A program made the position numbers and the translations under genes. The notes below the pieces were generated by a model. It was not told where the DNA came from. It worked only from the letters and a program-made list of their open reading frames with translations, and did no database searches. A DNA stretch of 64,000 nucleotides, from the sequence record SRR2962707_896; one strand, given 5' to 3'. Below are positions 1-10,137 of this stretch, piece after piece; the first letter of the stretch is position 1, and the number at the start of each line of letters is the position of its first letter.

Positions 1-423
1 CTCGGTCAGGCCGAAACAGCCGATCCATTCTCCGCTGGCCAGCTTCGGCAGGTATTTCTGCTTTTGCTCTTCGCTGCCGAACTCGTTGATCGGCACCATC
101 ACCAGGGAAGACTGCACGCTCATCATGGAGCGGTAACCGGAATCCACCCGTTCCACTTCACGGGCAATCAGGCCGTAGCACACATAGTTGAGGCCCGCGC
201 CGCCGTAGGCTTCCGGAATGGTGGCGCCCAGCAGCCCGAGTTCGCCCATTTCACGGAAGATTTCCACATCGGTGTGCTCGTTGCGGAAGGCGTTGAGCAC
301 CCGCGGCATGAGTTTGTCCTGCGCGTACTGGTAGGCGGTATCGCGCACCATGCGCTCGTCTTCGGTGAGTTGCTGATCCAGCAGGAGGGGGCTCGCCCAG
401 TCAAAGGCTGCATTATTGGCCAC
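1..423 (-). CDS. gcdH: Glutaryl-CoA dehydrogenase, 5' part (runs off window start)
   Basis: Not in the ORF track. Manual translation from GTG at 423 gives [30 protein letters not shown]...[10 protein letters not shown], an acyl-CoA dehydrogenase N-terminus typical of GcdH. Divergent from a GcdR-like LysR gene. Confidence 0.9.
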   Translation of the reverse strand, partial: MANNAAFDWASPLLLDQQLTEDERMVRDTAYQYAQDKLMPRVLNAFRNEHTDVEIFREMGELGLLGATIPEAYGGAGLNYVCYGLIAREVERVDSGYRSMMSVQSSLVMVPINEFGSEEQKQKYLPKLASGEWIGCFGLTE

Positions 424-557
424 GGTTATTCCACCTTTTCACTTCAAGAAGGGATGAGAGACTGCCCGGTCAGGCACGAAGGCGCTATTTGGGCGGGTTT
501 GGCGCCATGCTATACAGGCCGCGGTGGTCAGAACAAGCCACTTTCTCGCACGCCTTT

Positions 558-572
558 GTGCTATTTTATCAC
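558..572. promoter_or_regulatory. Putative LysR (GcdR) T-N11-A box
   Basis: GTGCTATTTTATCAC, a GTG-N9-CAC dyad containing T-N11-A, lies between the divergent gcdH and gcdR genes. Confidence 0.45.
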
Positions 573-603
573 TTGTGAATGGAAACCGACCGGGAAGACC
601 CGT

Positions 604-1539
604 ATGCGACGCAAGATCCCCAGCACCGCCGCTTTGATCGGCTTCGAGGCGGCCGCGCGCCATCAGAGCTTCACCAAAGCCGCCGAGGAACTGGCCCTGA
701 CGCAAAGCGCCGTTTGCCGCCAGATCGCGGCCCTGGAGGACTTTCTGGGCGTCAAACTGTTCCGCCGCTCACGCCCGGGCGTGCGGCTCACCGAAGCGGG
801 TCGCGATTACAGCCGCCGGGTCAGCGTCCATCTTGATGAATTGGAACGGGATACACTGGCGGTGATGGGGGACCACGGTGCCGCCAACACCCTGGAACTG
901 GCGGTGGTGCCCACCTTCGGCACCCGCTGGCTGCTGCCGCGGCTGAAGGACTTCCGCCGTGCCCACCCCGGCGTCACCGTTAATCTGACCAACCGCACCA
1001 AACCCTTTCTGTTCGCCGAAACCCGCTTCGACGCGGCGATCTATTTCGGCGACGGCGACTGGCCCGGCACCGAAGCCACCTTGTTAATGCATGAGGAACC
1101 GATGCCGGTGTGCAGCCCGCGTCTGATCGCCCCGGAACGGGAGCTGGATGCACAGACCATCGCCGGCCTCACCCTGCTGCAACAAACCACCCGCCCCTAC
1201 GCCTGGCGTGAGTGGTTCGATTCCGCCGGTCTGCGGGTGGAGCGTGATATGACCGGCCCGCGTTTCGAACTGTTCACCATGCTGGCCGAAGCCGCCATGC
1301 AGGACATGGGGATTGCCCTGATTCCACCGTTCCTGATCCGCGAGGAACTGGCCTCCGGACGGCTGATCATTCCATTACCGCACAGCTACCGCAGTTCCTG
1401 GGCTTACCACTTTATCCTGCCGGAACAGAAGGCGGAGAATCCGTTGTTGCTGCTGTTTCGGGATTGGCTGGTGGCGGAAATCGAACACTTCCGGGAGCGC
1501 GGCGGGCTGACGGCGGCGCCGGCACCACAGGCGGTTTGA
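604..1539 (+). CDS. gcdR: LysR family regulator (GcvA-like, GcdR)
   Basis: MRRKIPSTAALIGFEAAARHQSFTKAAEELALTQSAVCRQI LysR HTH. True start is ATG 604; the ORF-track extension from 64 is the antisense of gcdH. Confidence 0.88.
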   Translation: MRRKIPSTAALIGFEAAARHQSFTKAAEELALTQSAVCRQIAALEDFLGVKLFRRSRPGVRLTEAGRDYSRRVSVHLDELERDTLAVMGDHGAANTLELAVVPTFGTRWLLPRLKDFRRAHPGVTVNLTNRTKPFLFAETRFDAAIYFGDGDWPGTEATLLMHEEPMPVCSPRLIAPERELDAQTIAGLTLLQQTTRPYAWREWFDSAGLRVERDMTGPRFELFTMLAEAAMQDMGIALIPPFLIREELASGRLIIPLPHSYRSSWAYHFILPEQKAENPLLLLFRDWLVAEIEHFRERGGLTAAPAPQAV

Positions 1540-1639
1540 CGCCGGGCGAGACGCATGGGTGTCGTGGCTCACACGCCGCGATCTTTTCCGCATCCGATGT
1601 CTTCCCTATGTCATTTCCTGGCGTTAACCTTGGACACGA

Positions 1640-1667
1640 TGTCGAATTCCCCACCTCGTCGTTCGAC
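1640..1667 (+). promoter_or_regulatory. ECF42-like sigma promoter upstream of GFA gene
   Basis: TGTCGA-N18-CGAC, 31 bp before ATG 1699. The same motif occurs at 4390-4416 and 25001-25027. Confidence 0.55.
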
Positions 1668-1698
1668 TCAATGACGACTCAAAAAAAAGGAGAGACCG

Positions 1699-2046
1699 AT
1701 GAACTACAAAGGAAGTTGTCATTGCGGAAACGTCGCCTTCGAAGCCGAAGGCGAGTTGGACGGCGCCATGTCCTGTAACTGCTCCATCTGTCAGCGCAAG
1801 GGATCCCTGATGTGGTTCATTCCCCGGGATCACCTGCGGCTGCTGACGGCGGAGGACGACATCGCCACCTACACCTTCAATCAGCATGTGATCCAACATC
1901 ACTTTTGCCCGAAGTGCGGCATTCACCCCTACGGTGAGGGGGTGGATCCGGAAGGCAATCGGATGGCCACGATCAACATACGTTGTCTGGAAGGTGTCGA
2001 CCTGGACTCGGTTCCCGTGCAGCGGTTCGACGGCCGCGCCATGTAA
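1699..2046 (+). CDS. GFA (glutathione-dependent formaldehyde-activating) family protein
   Basis: GSCHCG, CNCSIC and HHFCPKCG Zn motifs; AGGAG RBS. Confidence 0.9.
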   Translation: MNYKGSCHCGNVAFEAEGELDGAMSCNCSICQRKGSLMWFIPRDHLRLLTAEDDIATYTFNQHVIQHHFCPKCGIHPYGEGVDPEGNRMATINIRCLEGVDLDSVPVQRFDGRAM

Positions 2047-2248
2047 CCGGTCCGGTTCGCCAACCAACCCGCCGAGCGACTGACCCACGCTCTTCACACT
2101 GCCCTTCGGGCATACCCGAACCTCATGGAGGTTCCTCTGTCGCGTTGCGGTAACGGGAAACCGTCGGCCCGTTCCCGCCACCTCCGTTCCAACTAACCTA
2201 TGGTGGCGTACCGCGCGGCATCTTGTAGTAAGTGAAAGGATAACGACT

Positions 2249-3826
2249 GTGACACAGGAGAATATGGAAGCTTCCAACGCGTCACCACCCGCCGCCACGC
2301 GGCGTGAGTGGCTGGGTCTGGCGGTGCTGATGTTGCCCACGGTGCTGCTGGCCCTGGACATGACCGTGCTGCATCTGGCGGTACCACAGCTGAGCGCGGA
2401 CCTGCACCCCACCAGTGATCAGTTGCTGTGGATTCTCGACATCTACGGTTTCATGATCGCCGGCTTTCTGGTGACCATGGGCACGCTGGGTGACCGCATC
2501 GGTCGGCGTAAACTGCTGCTGGCCGGCGCCACCGCTTTCGGTGCCGCTTCGGCGTTGGCGGCCTTCGCCACCAGCGCGGAAATGCTGATCGCCGCCCGCG
2601 CGCTGCTGGGCATCGCCGGCGCGACCTTGATGCCCTCCACCCTGTCGCTGCTGCGCAACATGTTCCATCAGGAGCATGAGCGCACCGTGGCGATTACGGT
2701 GTGGATGACCGGCTTTATCGTCGGCAGCGCCATCGGCCCGCTGGTGGGCGGCGCTCTGCTGGAATTTTTCTGGTGGGGCTCGGTGTTTTTGCTGGGTGTG
2801 CCGGTGATGGCGCTGTTGTTGGTGTGCGGCCCATTATTGTTGCCGGAATTCCGCGACGAGCAGGCCGGACGCCAGGATTTTCTCAGCGCCCTGCTGTCGG
2901 TGGCCATGGTGATCGCGGTGATCTATGGCTTGAAGGACATGGCCCGCAACGGGGTATCCTGGGCGCCCTTGCTGTCCATTGCCGCAGGCCTGGTGATCGG
3001 CATGCTGTTCGTGCGCCGGCAACGCCGTTTGGCGGAGCCGATGTTCGATCTGGCGCTGTTCCGCAACCGTACTTTCAGCACCTCGGTGGTGGCCATGCTG
3101 CTCACCGTGCTGGCGCTGTCCGGTGCCTGGCTGATGGTGTTCCAGTATCTGCAGGGCGTGTTGGGGCTGTCGCCGTTACATGCCGGTCTGGTGATGCTGC
3201 CGCCGGCGGTGATCCAGACCATCGTGTCGCTGCTGGTGCCACGCCTGACCCGCTATATGAGTCGAGGCGTGCTGGTCAGTGTCGGCCTGCTGTTGTCGGT
3301 GTTCGGCTTTCTTTCCATGGCCATGGTCACCGGCATGGACAACATGGCCTGGCTGGTGGCCGGCATGGTGATCATGGGAGTCGGAGTCATGCCGATGATG
3401 ATCCTGGGCACCGACATGGTGGTCAGCGCCGCTCCACCCAACAAGACTGGCGCCGCCTCGGCGACATCGGAGACCGCCACGGAACTGGGCATGGCCCTGG
3501 GTATCGCGGTGATCGGCAGTGCCGGCGCCGCGGTTTACCGCGCGCACATGGCCGGAGTCCTGCCGCCGGATCTGCCGGCGGATCTGGCGCTGGCCGCCGG
3601 TGACACTCTGGGCGGCGCTCTGGATGCCGCCAGTCAGCTGCCGCCGGACGTGTCCGATCTGGTGCTGTCGGGGGCGCGTGAGGGCTTTACCCAGGCCCTG
3701 CACACCAATGCCCTTATCGGCGCGGCGATCGTTGCCATCACCGCGATTATGGTGGGCTGGCTGCTGGCTCGCCGTCAGGCCATACCGGCCGCCCCGGATG
3801 ACACCACGCAAACCGAAACCCCGTGA
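2249..3826 (+). CDS. MFS drug:H+ antiporter (DHA2, 14-TM)
   Basis: GTLGDRIGRRK motif A, LIAARALLGIAGA, WWGSVFLL; hydrophobic throughout. Confidence 0.9.
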   Translation: MTQENMEASNASPPAATRREWLGLAVLMLPTVLLALDMTVLHLAVPQLSADLHPTSDQLLWILDIYGFMIAGFLVTMGTLGDRIGRRKLLLAGATAFGAASALAAFATSAEMLIAARALLGIAGATLMPSTLSLLRNMFHQEHERTVAITVWMTGFIVGSAIGPLVGGALLEFFWWGSVFLLGVPVMALLLVCGPLLLPEFRDEQAGRQDFLSALLSVAMVIAVIYGLKDMARNGVSWAPLLSIAAGLVIGMLFVRRQRRLAEPMFDLALFRNRTFSTSVVAMLLTVLALSGAWLMVFQYLQGVLGLSPLHAGLVMLPPAVIQTIVSLLVPRLTRYMSRGVLVSVGLLLSVFGFLSMAMVTGMDNMAWLVAGMVIMGVGVMPMMILGTDMVVSAAPPNKTGAASATSETATELGMALGIAVIGSAGAAVYRAHMAGVLPPDLPADLALAAGDTLGGALDAASQLPPDVSDLVLSGAREGFTQALHTNALIGAAIVAITAIMVGWLLARRQAIPAAPDDTTQTETP

Positions 3827-3832
3827 CCCAAC

Positions 3833-3855
3833 GCCGGGCTCCCTCCGAGCCCGGC
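3833..3855. terminator. Hairpin between convergent genes
   Basis: GCCGGGCTC-CCTCC-GAGCCCGGC perfect 9-bp stem; no clear U-tract. Confidence 0.5.
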
Positions 3856-3856
3856 A

Positions 3857-4354
3857 TCACCCCCGGCGCGCCCGCTCCAGCGCCTGCCAGTCCAGTTTCT
3901 TCATCGCCATCATCGCCTCGGTGACCCGCGCCGCGGCAGTGGAGCCGGCCCCTTCCAGCGCCTTCGGCAGCCACTCAGGAAATACCTGCCAGGACAGGCC
4001 GAAACGGTCCTTCAGCCAGCCGCACTGCTGCGCGCTCGGATCGCCCCCCTCGGACAAGGCCCCCCAATAATGATCCAGTTCCTCCGGGCTCCGGCATGGA
4101 ACCTGAAACGATACCGCTTCATTAAAAGTAAACAGTGGCCCGCCGTTCAAAGCCACGAAAGGGTTTCCTTGCAACTCGAAGGCCACCACCATGACATCGC
4201 CGGGACGCTGGCCATGGATCTCCTTGCCCGCCTCACCGTAATGACTGATGGTGGTGATACGTGAATCGGGAAACACCTCGACGTAGAAGCGCGCTGCCTG
4301 TTCGGCCTGGCCGTCGAACCAGAGACAGGGGGTGATCGTCAGTTGGTTGCCCAT
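3857..4354 (-). CDS. VOC family protein (PhnB / 3-demethylubiquinone-9 methyltransferase-like)
   Basis: ITPCLWFDGQAEQAARFY, ALNGGPLFTFNEAVSF, CGWLKDRFGLSWQV; GAGGAG RBS before ATG 4354. Confidence 0.88.
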   Translation of the reverse strand: MGNQLTITPCLWFDGQAEQAARFYVEVFPDSRITTISHYGEAGKEIHGQRPGDVMVVAFELQGNPFVALNGGPLFTFNEAVSFQVPCRSPEELDHYWGALSEGGDPSAQQCGWLKDRFGLSWQVFPEWLPKALEGAGSTAAARVTEAMMAMKKLDWQALERARRG

Positions 4355-4389
4355 CGTTGGCTCCTCGTGTCTGGATTGGACTCTGGTTA

Positions 4390-4416
4390 ATCGCTTGCCG
4401 ACGGTACGGTTCGACA
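4390..4416 (-). promoter_or_regulatory. ECF42-like sigma promoter upstream of PhnB-like VOC gene
   Basis: Minus strand TGTCGA-N17-CGAT, 35 bp before ATG 4354. Confidence 0.45.
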
Positions 4417-4487
4417 TGTCCACAGTGGTCCGCCGGTCCGCACTGTGGCAATCTCGAAGCAGATCATCCGGATAGGAGGCTGGTTTG

Positions 4488-6854
4488 ATGAACGAAAAAG
4501 AAAAAACATCGTCCTGGGTATCCATTGTTACCGTCCTGGTGGGCCTGCTCATGATCGTCGCCGGCATCGGGCTGCTCGGCGGCGGTATTTACCTGATCCT
4601 GCTGGGCGGTTCCTGGTACTTCAGCCTCGCCGGTATCGGCCTGGTGATCTCCGGCGGTCTGGTGATGGCCCGCCATGTTCTGGGGTTCTGGCTATACGCT
4701 GTCGTTTTCATGGGCACCGCGTTGTGGGCCTGGTGGGAAGTGGGTCTGGATTTCTGGCCCCAGGTGTCCCGCCTGTTCGCACCGGCGGTGCTGTTGTTCC
4801 TTCTGGCGCTGCTGGCGCCGGCTTTACGGCGGGGCAAACCGATCAGTGGCGGCACCGCCTATCCGGTGGCGGCGGTGATTCTGCTTGGTCTGGCGGCGAC
4901 GATTTTTCATGCTTTCTATCCCGGCCCCATCATCGCCAGCAAGACCGAACCGACCTCCTTGACAGTGACGGATCAGGCTCGGGAATGGCATCACTACGGG
5001 CGCCAGCAGGATGGCACCCGCTATGCGCCGCAGGATCAGATCACACCCGATAACGTGGACCAGTTGGAAGTGGCCTGGACCTTTCGCACCGGTGATATTC
5101 CCAATGCCAACCCTCCCGGAGCCGGCGGCGAGGACCAGAACACACCGATCCAGGTCGGCGATACGCTTTATGTCTGCACCGTGCATAACAAAGTGTTCGC
5201 CCTGGACGCGGACAGTGGTGAACAGAAATGGAGCTTCGACCCCGAAGCGTCCTCACCGTTGTGGCAACGTTGCCGAGGCCTGGGTTATTACCAGGCTTCC
5301 AACAACGAAGAGACCTGCGCCGGCCGCATCGTGCTGTCCACCATCGATGCCCGCCTGATCGAGCTGGACGCGCAAACCGGCGCGCTCTGCCCTTCCTTTG
5401 GCGATGGCGGCACCGTCGACCTGAAACAGGGCATGGGAGAGGTGAAGCCCGGCTTTTATTTCCAGACCTCGGCGCCCACGGTGGCGCGGGGACTGATCAT
5501 TATCGGCGGCTGGGTGTTCGATAATATGATGACCGGCGAGCCCTCCGGTGTGATCCGCGCCTTTCGCGCCGACAGCGGGGAACTGGCCTGGGCCTGGGAC
5601 CTGGCCAATCCAGCACTCACCGGCCTGCCTCGGGAGGGCGGGACCTACACCCGCGGCACACCGAATGTCTGGTCCACGCCGGCGGTGGATGAGGAACTGG
5701 GATTGATCTATCTGCCCACCGGCAATGCCACCCCGGATTTCTATGGCGGTCACCGCACCGATGCGGATGAAGACTATTCATCCTCCATCGTTGCCCTGGA
5801 TCTTCATACCGGCAGGGAGCGCTGGAAATTCCAGACCGTGCATCACGATATCTGGGACTACGACGTGCCCTCCCAACCCGCTTTGTTCGATGTGGATGAC
5901 GGTAATGGCAATACCGTGCCAGCGCTGATTCAAACCACCAAACGCGGTCAGATTTTCATGCTCGACCGGCGTACCGGCACCCCCATTGCCGAAGTGGAAG
6001 AGCGCCCGGTTCCACAGGGCGCGGTGGATGGCGACTGGACCTCGCCAACACAACCCTATTCCGTGGGCATGCCCGCCATCGGCGCGGAAAAGTTGTCGGA
6101 AGCCGCCATGTGGGGCGCTACCCCGTTCGATCAATTGTACTGCCGGATCCAGTTTCGCAAACTGCGTTACGAAGGCGATTTCACTCCGCCAGGACTGACT
6201 CCCAGCCTGCAATGGCCGGGCTATTTCGGCGGTATGAACTGGGGCAGCAACACCATCTACAAACCCGGCGGCTATCTGATCGTCAATGACACCCGTTCCC
6301 CTCAGCGGGTATTGCTGGTACCGCGCGAGGAAGCGGACAAGGAAGACGCCTCGGCCTCTCATACCGGTTTATCTCCTCAACACGGTACGCCCTATGGCGC
6401 CTCCAAGTATGTGTTGATGTCGCCGCTGGGTGTGCCTTGCCAGAAGCCGCCTTACGGTACCCTCAGCGCCATCGATTTGAATCGGCGCGAAGTGGTCTGG
6501 CAGATCCCATTAGGAACCGTGGAGGATACCGGCCCCCTGGGACTGAAAATGCATTTACCAATTCCCGTGGGCATGCCGACGGTGGGCGGCCCCATGTCCA
6601 CCGCTTCCGGCCTGGTGTTCTATGCCGGCACTCTGGACTACAACATTCGGGCCATGGACGTGGCCAGCGGGGAAACAGTGTGGAAACATCGTCTCCCGGT
6701 GGGCTCCCAGGGCACGCCAATGACCTACATCTCCCCGGCCAGCGGCAAACAGTACCTGGTTATCTCCGCCGGCGGCTCCCGGCAATCTCCGGACCGGGGC
6801 GACTACATTGTTGCCTTCGCTCTGCCGGACAAGCAGAACGGAGCCACCCGCTAA
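4488..6854 (+). CDS. Membrane-bound PQQ-dependent dehydrogenase, glucose/quinate/shikimate family
   Basis: Five N-terminal TM segments, YGRQQDGTRYAP, CRGLGYY, HHDIWDYDVPSQP and PQQ beta-propeller repeats; AGGAGG RBS before ATG 4488. Confidence 0.92.
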   Translation: MNEKEKTSSWVSIVTVLVGLLMIVAGIGLLGGGIYLILLGGSWYFSLAGIGLVISGGLVMARHVLGFWLYAVVFMGTALWAWWEVGLDFWPQVSRLFAPAVLLFLLALLAPALRRGKPISGGTAYPVAAVILLGLAATIFHAFYPGPIIASKTEPTSLTVTDQAREWHHYGRQQDGTRYAPQDQITPDNVDQLEVAWTFRTGDIPNANPPGAGGEDQNTPIQVGDTLYVCTVHNKVFALDADSGEQKWSFDPEASSPLWQRCRGLGYYQASNNEETCAGRIVLSTIDARLIELDAQTGALCPSFGDGGTVDLKQGMGEVKPGFYFQTSAPTVARGLIIIGGWVFDNMMTGEPSGVIRAFRADSGELAWAWDLANPALTGLPREGGTYTRGTPNVWSTPAVDEELGLIYLPTGNATPDFYGGHRTDADEDYSSSIVALDLHTGRERWKFQTVHHDIWDYDVPSQPALFDVDDGNGNTVPALIQTTKRGQIFMLDRRTGTPIAEVEERPVPQGAVDGDWTSPTQPYSVGMPAIGAEKLSEAAMWGATPFDQLYCRIQFRKLRYEGDFTPPGLTPSLQWPGYFGGMNWGSNTIYKPGGYLIVNDTRSPQRVLLVPREEADKEDASASHTGLSPQHGTPYGASKYVLMSPLGVPCQKPPYGTLSAIDLNRREVVWQIPLGTVEDTGPLGLKMHLPIPVGMPTVGGPMSTASGLVFYAGTLDYNIRAMDVASGETVWKHRLPVGSQGTPMTYISPASGKQYLVISAGGSRQSPDRGDYIVAFALPDKQNGATR

Positions 6855-7498
6855 CGCGATGGAGCGCCGGTATCCGCGCCGGCGCTTCGCCGTTGAAGGA
6901 GCACGTGCAATGCCACCGCCAGCACGGCTCCTATCGACGCCAGCGCCATATCCTTCTGCGCGTCCCAGATGTCGCCCTGAGTCCCCAGGAACGCCTGCCC
7001 CAGATCGCCACCGAACCAGACCGCGGCAATCCACTCGATCAGTTCGTATAACATCGACGTGGCCATGATGATCGCGCTGGCGAACACGTAGCCCCAGCCA
7101 CGCCCCAGACCGACCGCGCGCCGGCAGAACTCAAACAGAGGTATGGTTAACAGCAACCCGTAGGCCAGATGCACCAGCCGGTCGAACTGATTGCGCTCCC
7201 AGCCCATCAGTTGATCAAGACTGAAGCCGAACAGCTTCCTCAGCGCCGGATCGTAGGGCACCAGGGAATAGGTATAGTGGGAGCCCAGCTCGTGCAAGGC
7301 GAGAAAAGCAAAGATCAACAGATAGGCCTGGTTGGAGAAAACGAACCAGCGCCGGGTGACAATCAGCGCCACAACCGCCAACAACACCAAGGCGTTTTCC
7401 AGCATCCAGTCCGCACGATCGTGGGGCTCGACAGCCATCCAGACGACAAACACCGCCAACAGGGAGAGTAGAAGCATAAAGACAGCGCGACCGGACAT
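6851..7498 (-). CDS. DUF2238 inner-membrane protein
   Basis: DWMLEN, LHELGSHYTYS, RNQFDRLVH, YELIEW, GTQGDIWDAQKDM motifs. Confidence 0.85.
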   Translation of the reverse strand: MSGRAVFMLLLSLLAVFVVWMAVEPHDRADWMLENALVLLAVVALIVTRRWFVFSNQAYLLIFAFLALHELGSHYTYSLVPYDPALRKLFGFSLDQLMGWERNQFDRLVHLAYGLLLTIPLFEFCRRAVGLGRGWGYVFASAIIMATSMLYELIEWIAAVWFGGDLGQAFLGTQGDIWDAQKDMALASIGAVLAVALHVLLQRRSAGADTGAPSR

Positions 7499-7551
7499 TC
7501 CGTGATTCCATATCTGAAAGCATTTCAGGCAAGCGGCCAGCGCGCGGAAGG

Positions 7552-8019
7552 TCAAGATTGGCCGTCGTCGGCAATGGCGACCAGCCAACGCCTGACGACC
7601 TTTTCCTCTTCGGCACCAAGCCCTTTCATCAAAGCCTGTTCTACCTTATTCACCTTTGCTCTGCACTGTTTCAAAAGCCGCCGGCCCGATTCACTGGCCT
7701 CGATTCTCTGAATACGCCCATGTACCGGATGCGGCTGTCGCCGCACCAGGCCAGCTCGCTCAAGATTATTGATGATCACGCTTACGGTCTGTGGGGTGAG
7801 CATGGCCAGCCGGGCCAGATCAGCATTGGAAATCCCGGGATAGGCCTCCAGCATGGTAAGGGTCAGAAACTGGGGTAACGTGATCTCCTTGTCGGCAAGC
7901 GCCCTTTCCATTCTTAATCTGTGGGCGGCGCTGGCCTGGCGTAGTAGATAGCCCAGGTACCCCTGCTCTCCCCGTTTTCCTTCCCCGATATCCGGTACGT
8001 GCGGCGATGTCTTGCGCAT
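7552..8019 (-). CDS. MarR family regulator
   Basis: ITLPQFLTL...SNADLARLAMLTPQTVSVIINNLERAGLVRR winged HTH. Confidence 0.9.
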   Translation of the reverse strand: MRKTSPHVPDIGEGKRGEQGYLGYLLRQASAAHRLRMERALADKEITLPQFLTLTMLEAYPGISNADLARLAMLTPQTVSVIINNLERAGLVRRQPHPVHGRIQRIEASESGRRLLKQCRAKVNKVEQALMKGLGAEEEKVVRRWLVAIADDGQS

Positions 8020-8059
8020 ATTATCAGCACTCTTATATGATGTCAGAGCACTGATAATA
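8019..8059. promoter_or_regulatory. Tandem MarR-type operators
   Basis: TATCAGCACTCTTATA and TGTCAGAGCACTGATA near-palindromes, enclosed by the outer inverted repeat TATTATCAG/CTGATAATA, which overlaps the marR start. Confidence 0.6.
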
Positions 8060-8129
8060 CACAAAGCCCTTCTCTATCGCCAGCAACGGGGCGGCAGTGA
8101 AGGCAATGAACATGAAGGGAGAGAGCCCG

Positions 8130-8576
8130 ATGTGTCCGTCCTACACCCTGCACACCCTGCAAGACGAGTCCGAGGTATCGACGTGCTTCCCGCTTATAAA
8201 GCAGCTCAGGCCCCATCTGTCCAGTTCAGCGGAATGGGTTTCCCGATGGCGTGCTCAGAGTGCGGAAGGCTACCGTTTGTTGGGGTTACGGCAAGAGGAG
8301 CACTTCGTCGCCCTGGCCGGATATCGGCTCCAGAACAATCTGGTGTACGGCCGTTTTCTCTATGTGGATGACCTGGTTACCGATGAGAGCCACCGTAGCT
8401 GTGGGCTGGGCGAAAAGTTAATAACGGAAATAAAGTCGATAGGAGAAACGGAAGGTTGTGCGAAAGTGGTTCTGGATACACCGCTGAGCAATGTTCTGGG
8501 TCATCGCTTCTACTATCGTAACGGCCTGTTGGCCACCGCCCTGCGCTTCAATTTCATCTTGGAGAGAGCATCATGA
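8130..8576 (+). CDS. GNAT N-acetyltransferase
   Basis: FLYVDDLVTDESHRSCGLGEKL, GHRFYYRNG. Start uncertain (8106, 8112 or 8130). Confidence 0.85.
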   Translation: MCPSYTLHTLQDESEVSTCFPLIKQLRPHLSSSAEWVSRWRAQSAEGYRLLGLRQEEHFVALAGYRLQNNLVYGRFLYVDDLVTDESHRSCGLGEKLITEIKSIGETEGCAKVVLDTPLSNVLGHRFYYRNGLLATALRFNFILERAS

Positions 8577-9214
8577 TCCGGATCCTGCATGTCTCGGCCA
8601 GCACCCGGGAAGCGTCATCCAGAAGCCGGATGGCCGCCGACATGGTATTGGCCAGACTGCGTGAATCCCACCCCTCTCTGGATATCGTGGAACGTGATCT
8701 GGCAACCCGGCCGCCACCCCACCTGGACGCCGGCTTCGTGGAAGCCACCGTACTGCCCCCCGTAGCACATACGGAACGGCATGCGCACAGCCTGGCATTG
8801 TCGGAGACCCTGATTCGCGAGCTGGAACTCGCGGATCTGGTACTGATCTCCACTCCCATGCATAACTTTACCGTACCTTCCGCGCTCAAAGCCTGGGTCG
8901 ACCATGTGGTACGGCCATACCGGACATTCCAGTTGAGTCCCGAGGGCAAAATCGGTCTGCTTCGTGCCCGGCCAGTCCTGGTGATCAGTGCCTGTGGCGG
9001 CGGATTTCTGGATGACATACCAGGAGAAACATGCCGAAAAACAGGGCAACAAAGAGACTTCCTGTCCTCATATTTGCGCTACGTTCTGGCGATCATCGGC
9101 CTGACTCAAGTGCGGGTATTGAGATTGGAACATCAGAATGCGCCCGGCGCTGGTGACATTACGGATGAAATCAACAGCTGGGCGGATCAGGTGCTGGACC
9201 AGTTGGAACTCTGA
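8573..9214 (+). CDS. FMN-dependent NADH-azoreductase family
   Basis: ADLVLISTPMHNFTVPSALKAWVDHVVR AzoR motif; ATGA overlap with the GNAT gene. Confidence 0.85.
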   Translation: MIRILHVSASTREASSRSRMAADMVLARLRESHPSLDIVERDLATRPPPHLDAGFVEATVLPPVAHTERHAHSLALSETLIRELELADLVLISTPMHNFTVPSALKAWVDHVVRPYRTFQLSPEGKIGLLRARPVLVISACGGGFLDDIPGETCRKTGQQRDFLSSYLRYVLAIIGLTQVRVLRLEHQNAPGAGDITDEINSWADQVLDQLEL

Positions 9215-9302
9215 TCGCTTTCCGGTCATCCCTTATCGGAGTGCCCCAAAGGAAAGGCAGCGAAGGTCCGCGATGACTTTCCATCTTTCCCCACACACTT
9301 CG

Positions 9303-9929
9303 CTACCAGCTTGGCTTTTTCCCGGTCGCTGTCATCATGCCCCAGAGCCAGTTGATCTTATAGCGCTCCGAAGCCACCGACTGGAAGCCAGCTTCGCGCA
9401 GCAGATTCTCGCATTCAGCACTGCGATAGGTTTTGAAATGAGCGGGATCCGACCACTTCAGATACCAGTCACACAGGCGGCAACTGAGGTAATCATGGCA
9501 CCAGTCGCTGATCACCAGCCTTCCGCCTGGCCGCAGCACCCGGAACATCTCCGCCAGAGCGGCGTCAGGGTCACGGATATAATGAAACATGCTCAAGGAG
9601 ACCACGACATCGAACTGTTCATCATCGAACGGTAGTTGCTCCGCCCAGCCTTCCTTGAGGGTCACTTCCTCGCGCAAACGGTCGCGCGCCCGCGCCAGCA
9701 TCTGCGGCACCGGATCGATACCGGACAGGAGTGGTGGCGGATGGCGTTCAGCCAACACCGCCAGCAGGGCACCGGTTCCGCACCCCACCTCCAAGACACG
9801 TTCTCCTCCATGCAGAGGCATCCGCGTCAGCGTCTCCTGGATGGTCCGGCGCAAATACCCGGACCAGCGTCGATCATAATCCGCGGCGAGACGGCCATAG
9901 GATTCCAGTACCGGCGGCTTGGATTTCAT
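9303..9929 (-). CDS. Class I SAM-dependent methyltransferase
   Basis: VLEVGCGTG, AEQLPFDDEQFDVVVS, RVLRPGGRLVI. Confidence 0.9.
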   Translation of the reverse strand: MKSKPPVLESYGRLAADYDRRWSGYLRRTIQETLTRMPLHGGERVLEVGCGTGALLAVLAERHPPPLLSGIDPVPQMLARARDRLREEVTLKEGWAEQLPFDDEQFDVVVSLSMFHYIRDPDAALAEMFRVLRPGGRLVISDWCHDYLSCRLCDWYLKWSDPAHFKTYRSAECENLLREAGFQSVASERYKINWLWGMMTATGKKPSW

Positions 9930-10137
9930 TTCGTTGCTCTTCTCACGGCAGGTTGTACGGCGGGTCATCTTCCATCAAGGAATTCACAAGCAATTGCTGC
10001 GCCGAAAAGTCAATAGGAAAAGGCCACCTTGTCTTGTAAGCCTTTTACTCGAGAAATTCCGCTCTGGCTGATAGCTACCCTATGACAATTTTATTACTCT
10101 CGGCTGTGCTCTCGTACTTTATTAGGAGATCACGGAT

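Noticed and set aside
64-603. N-terminal extension of the LysR ORF
   Set aside because: It is the antisense of gcdH plus the intergenic region; LysR homology begins at 604.
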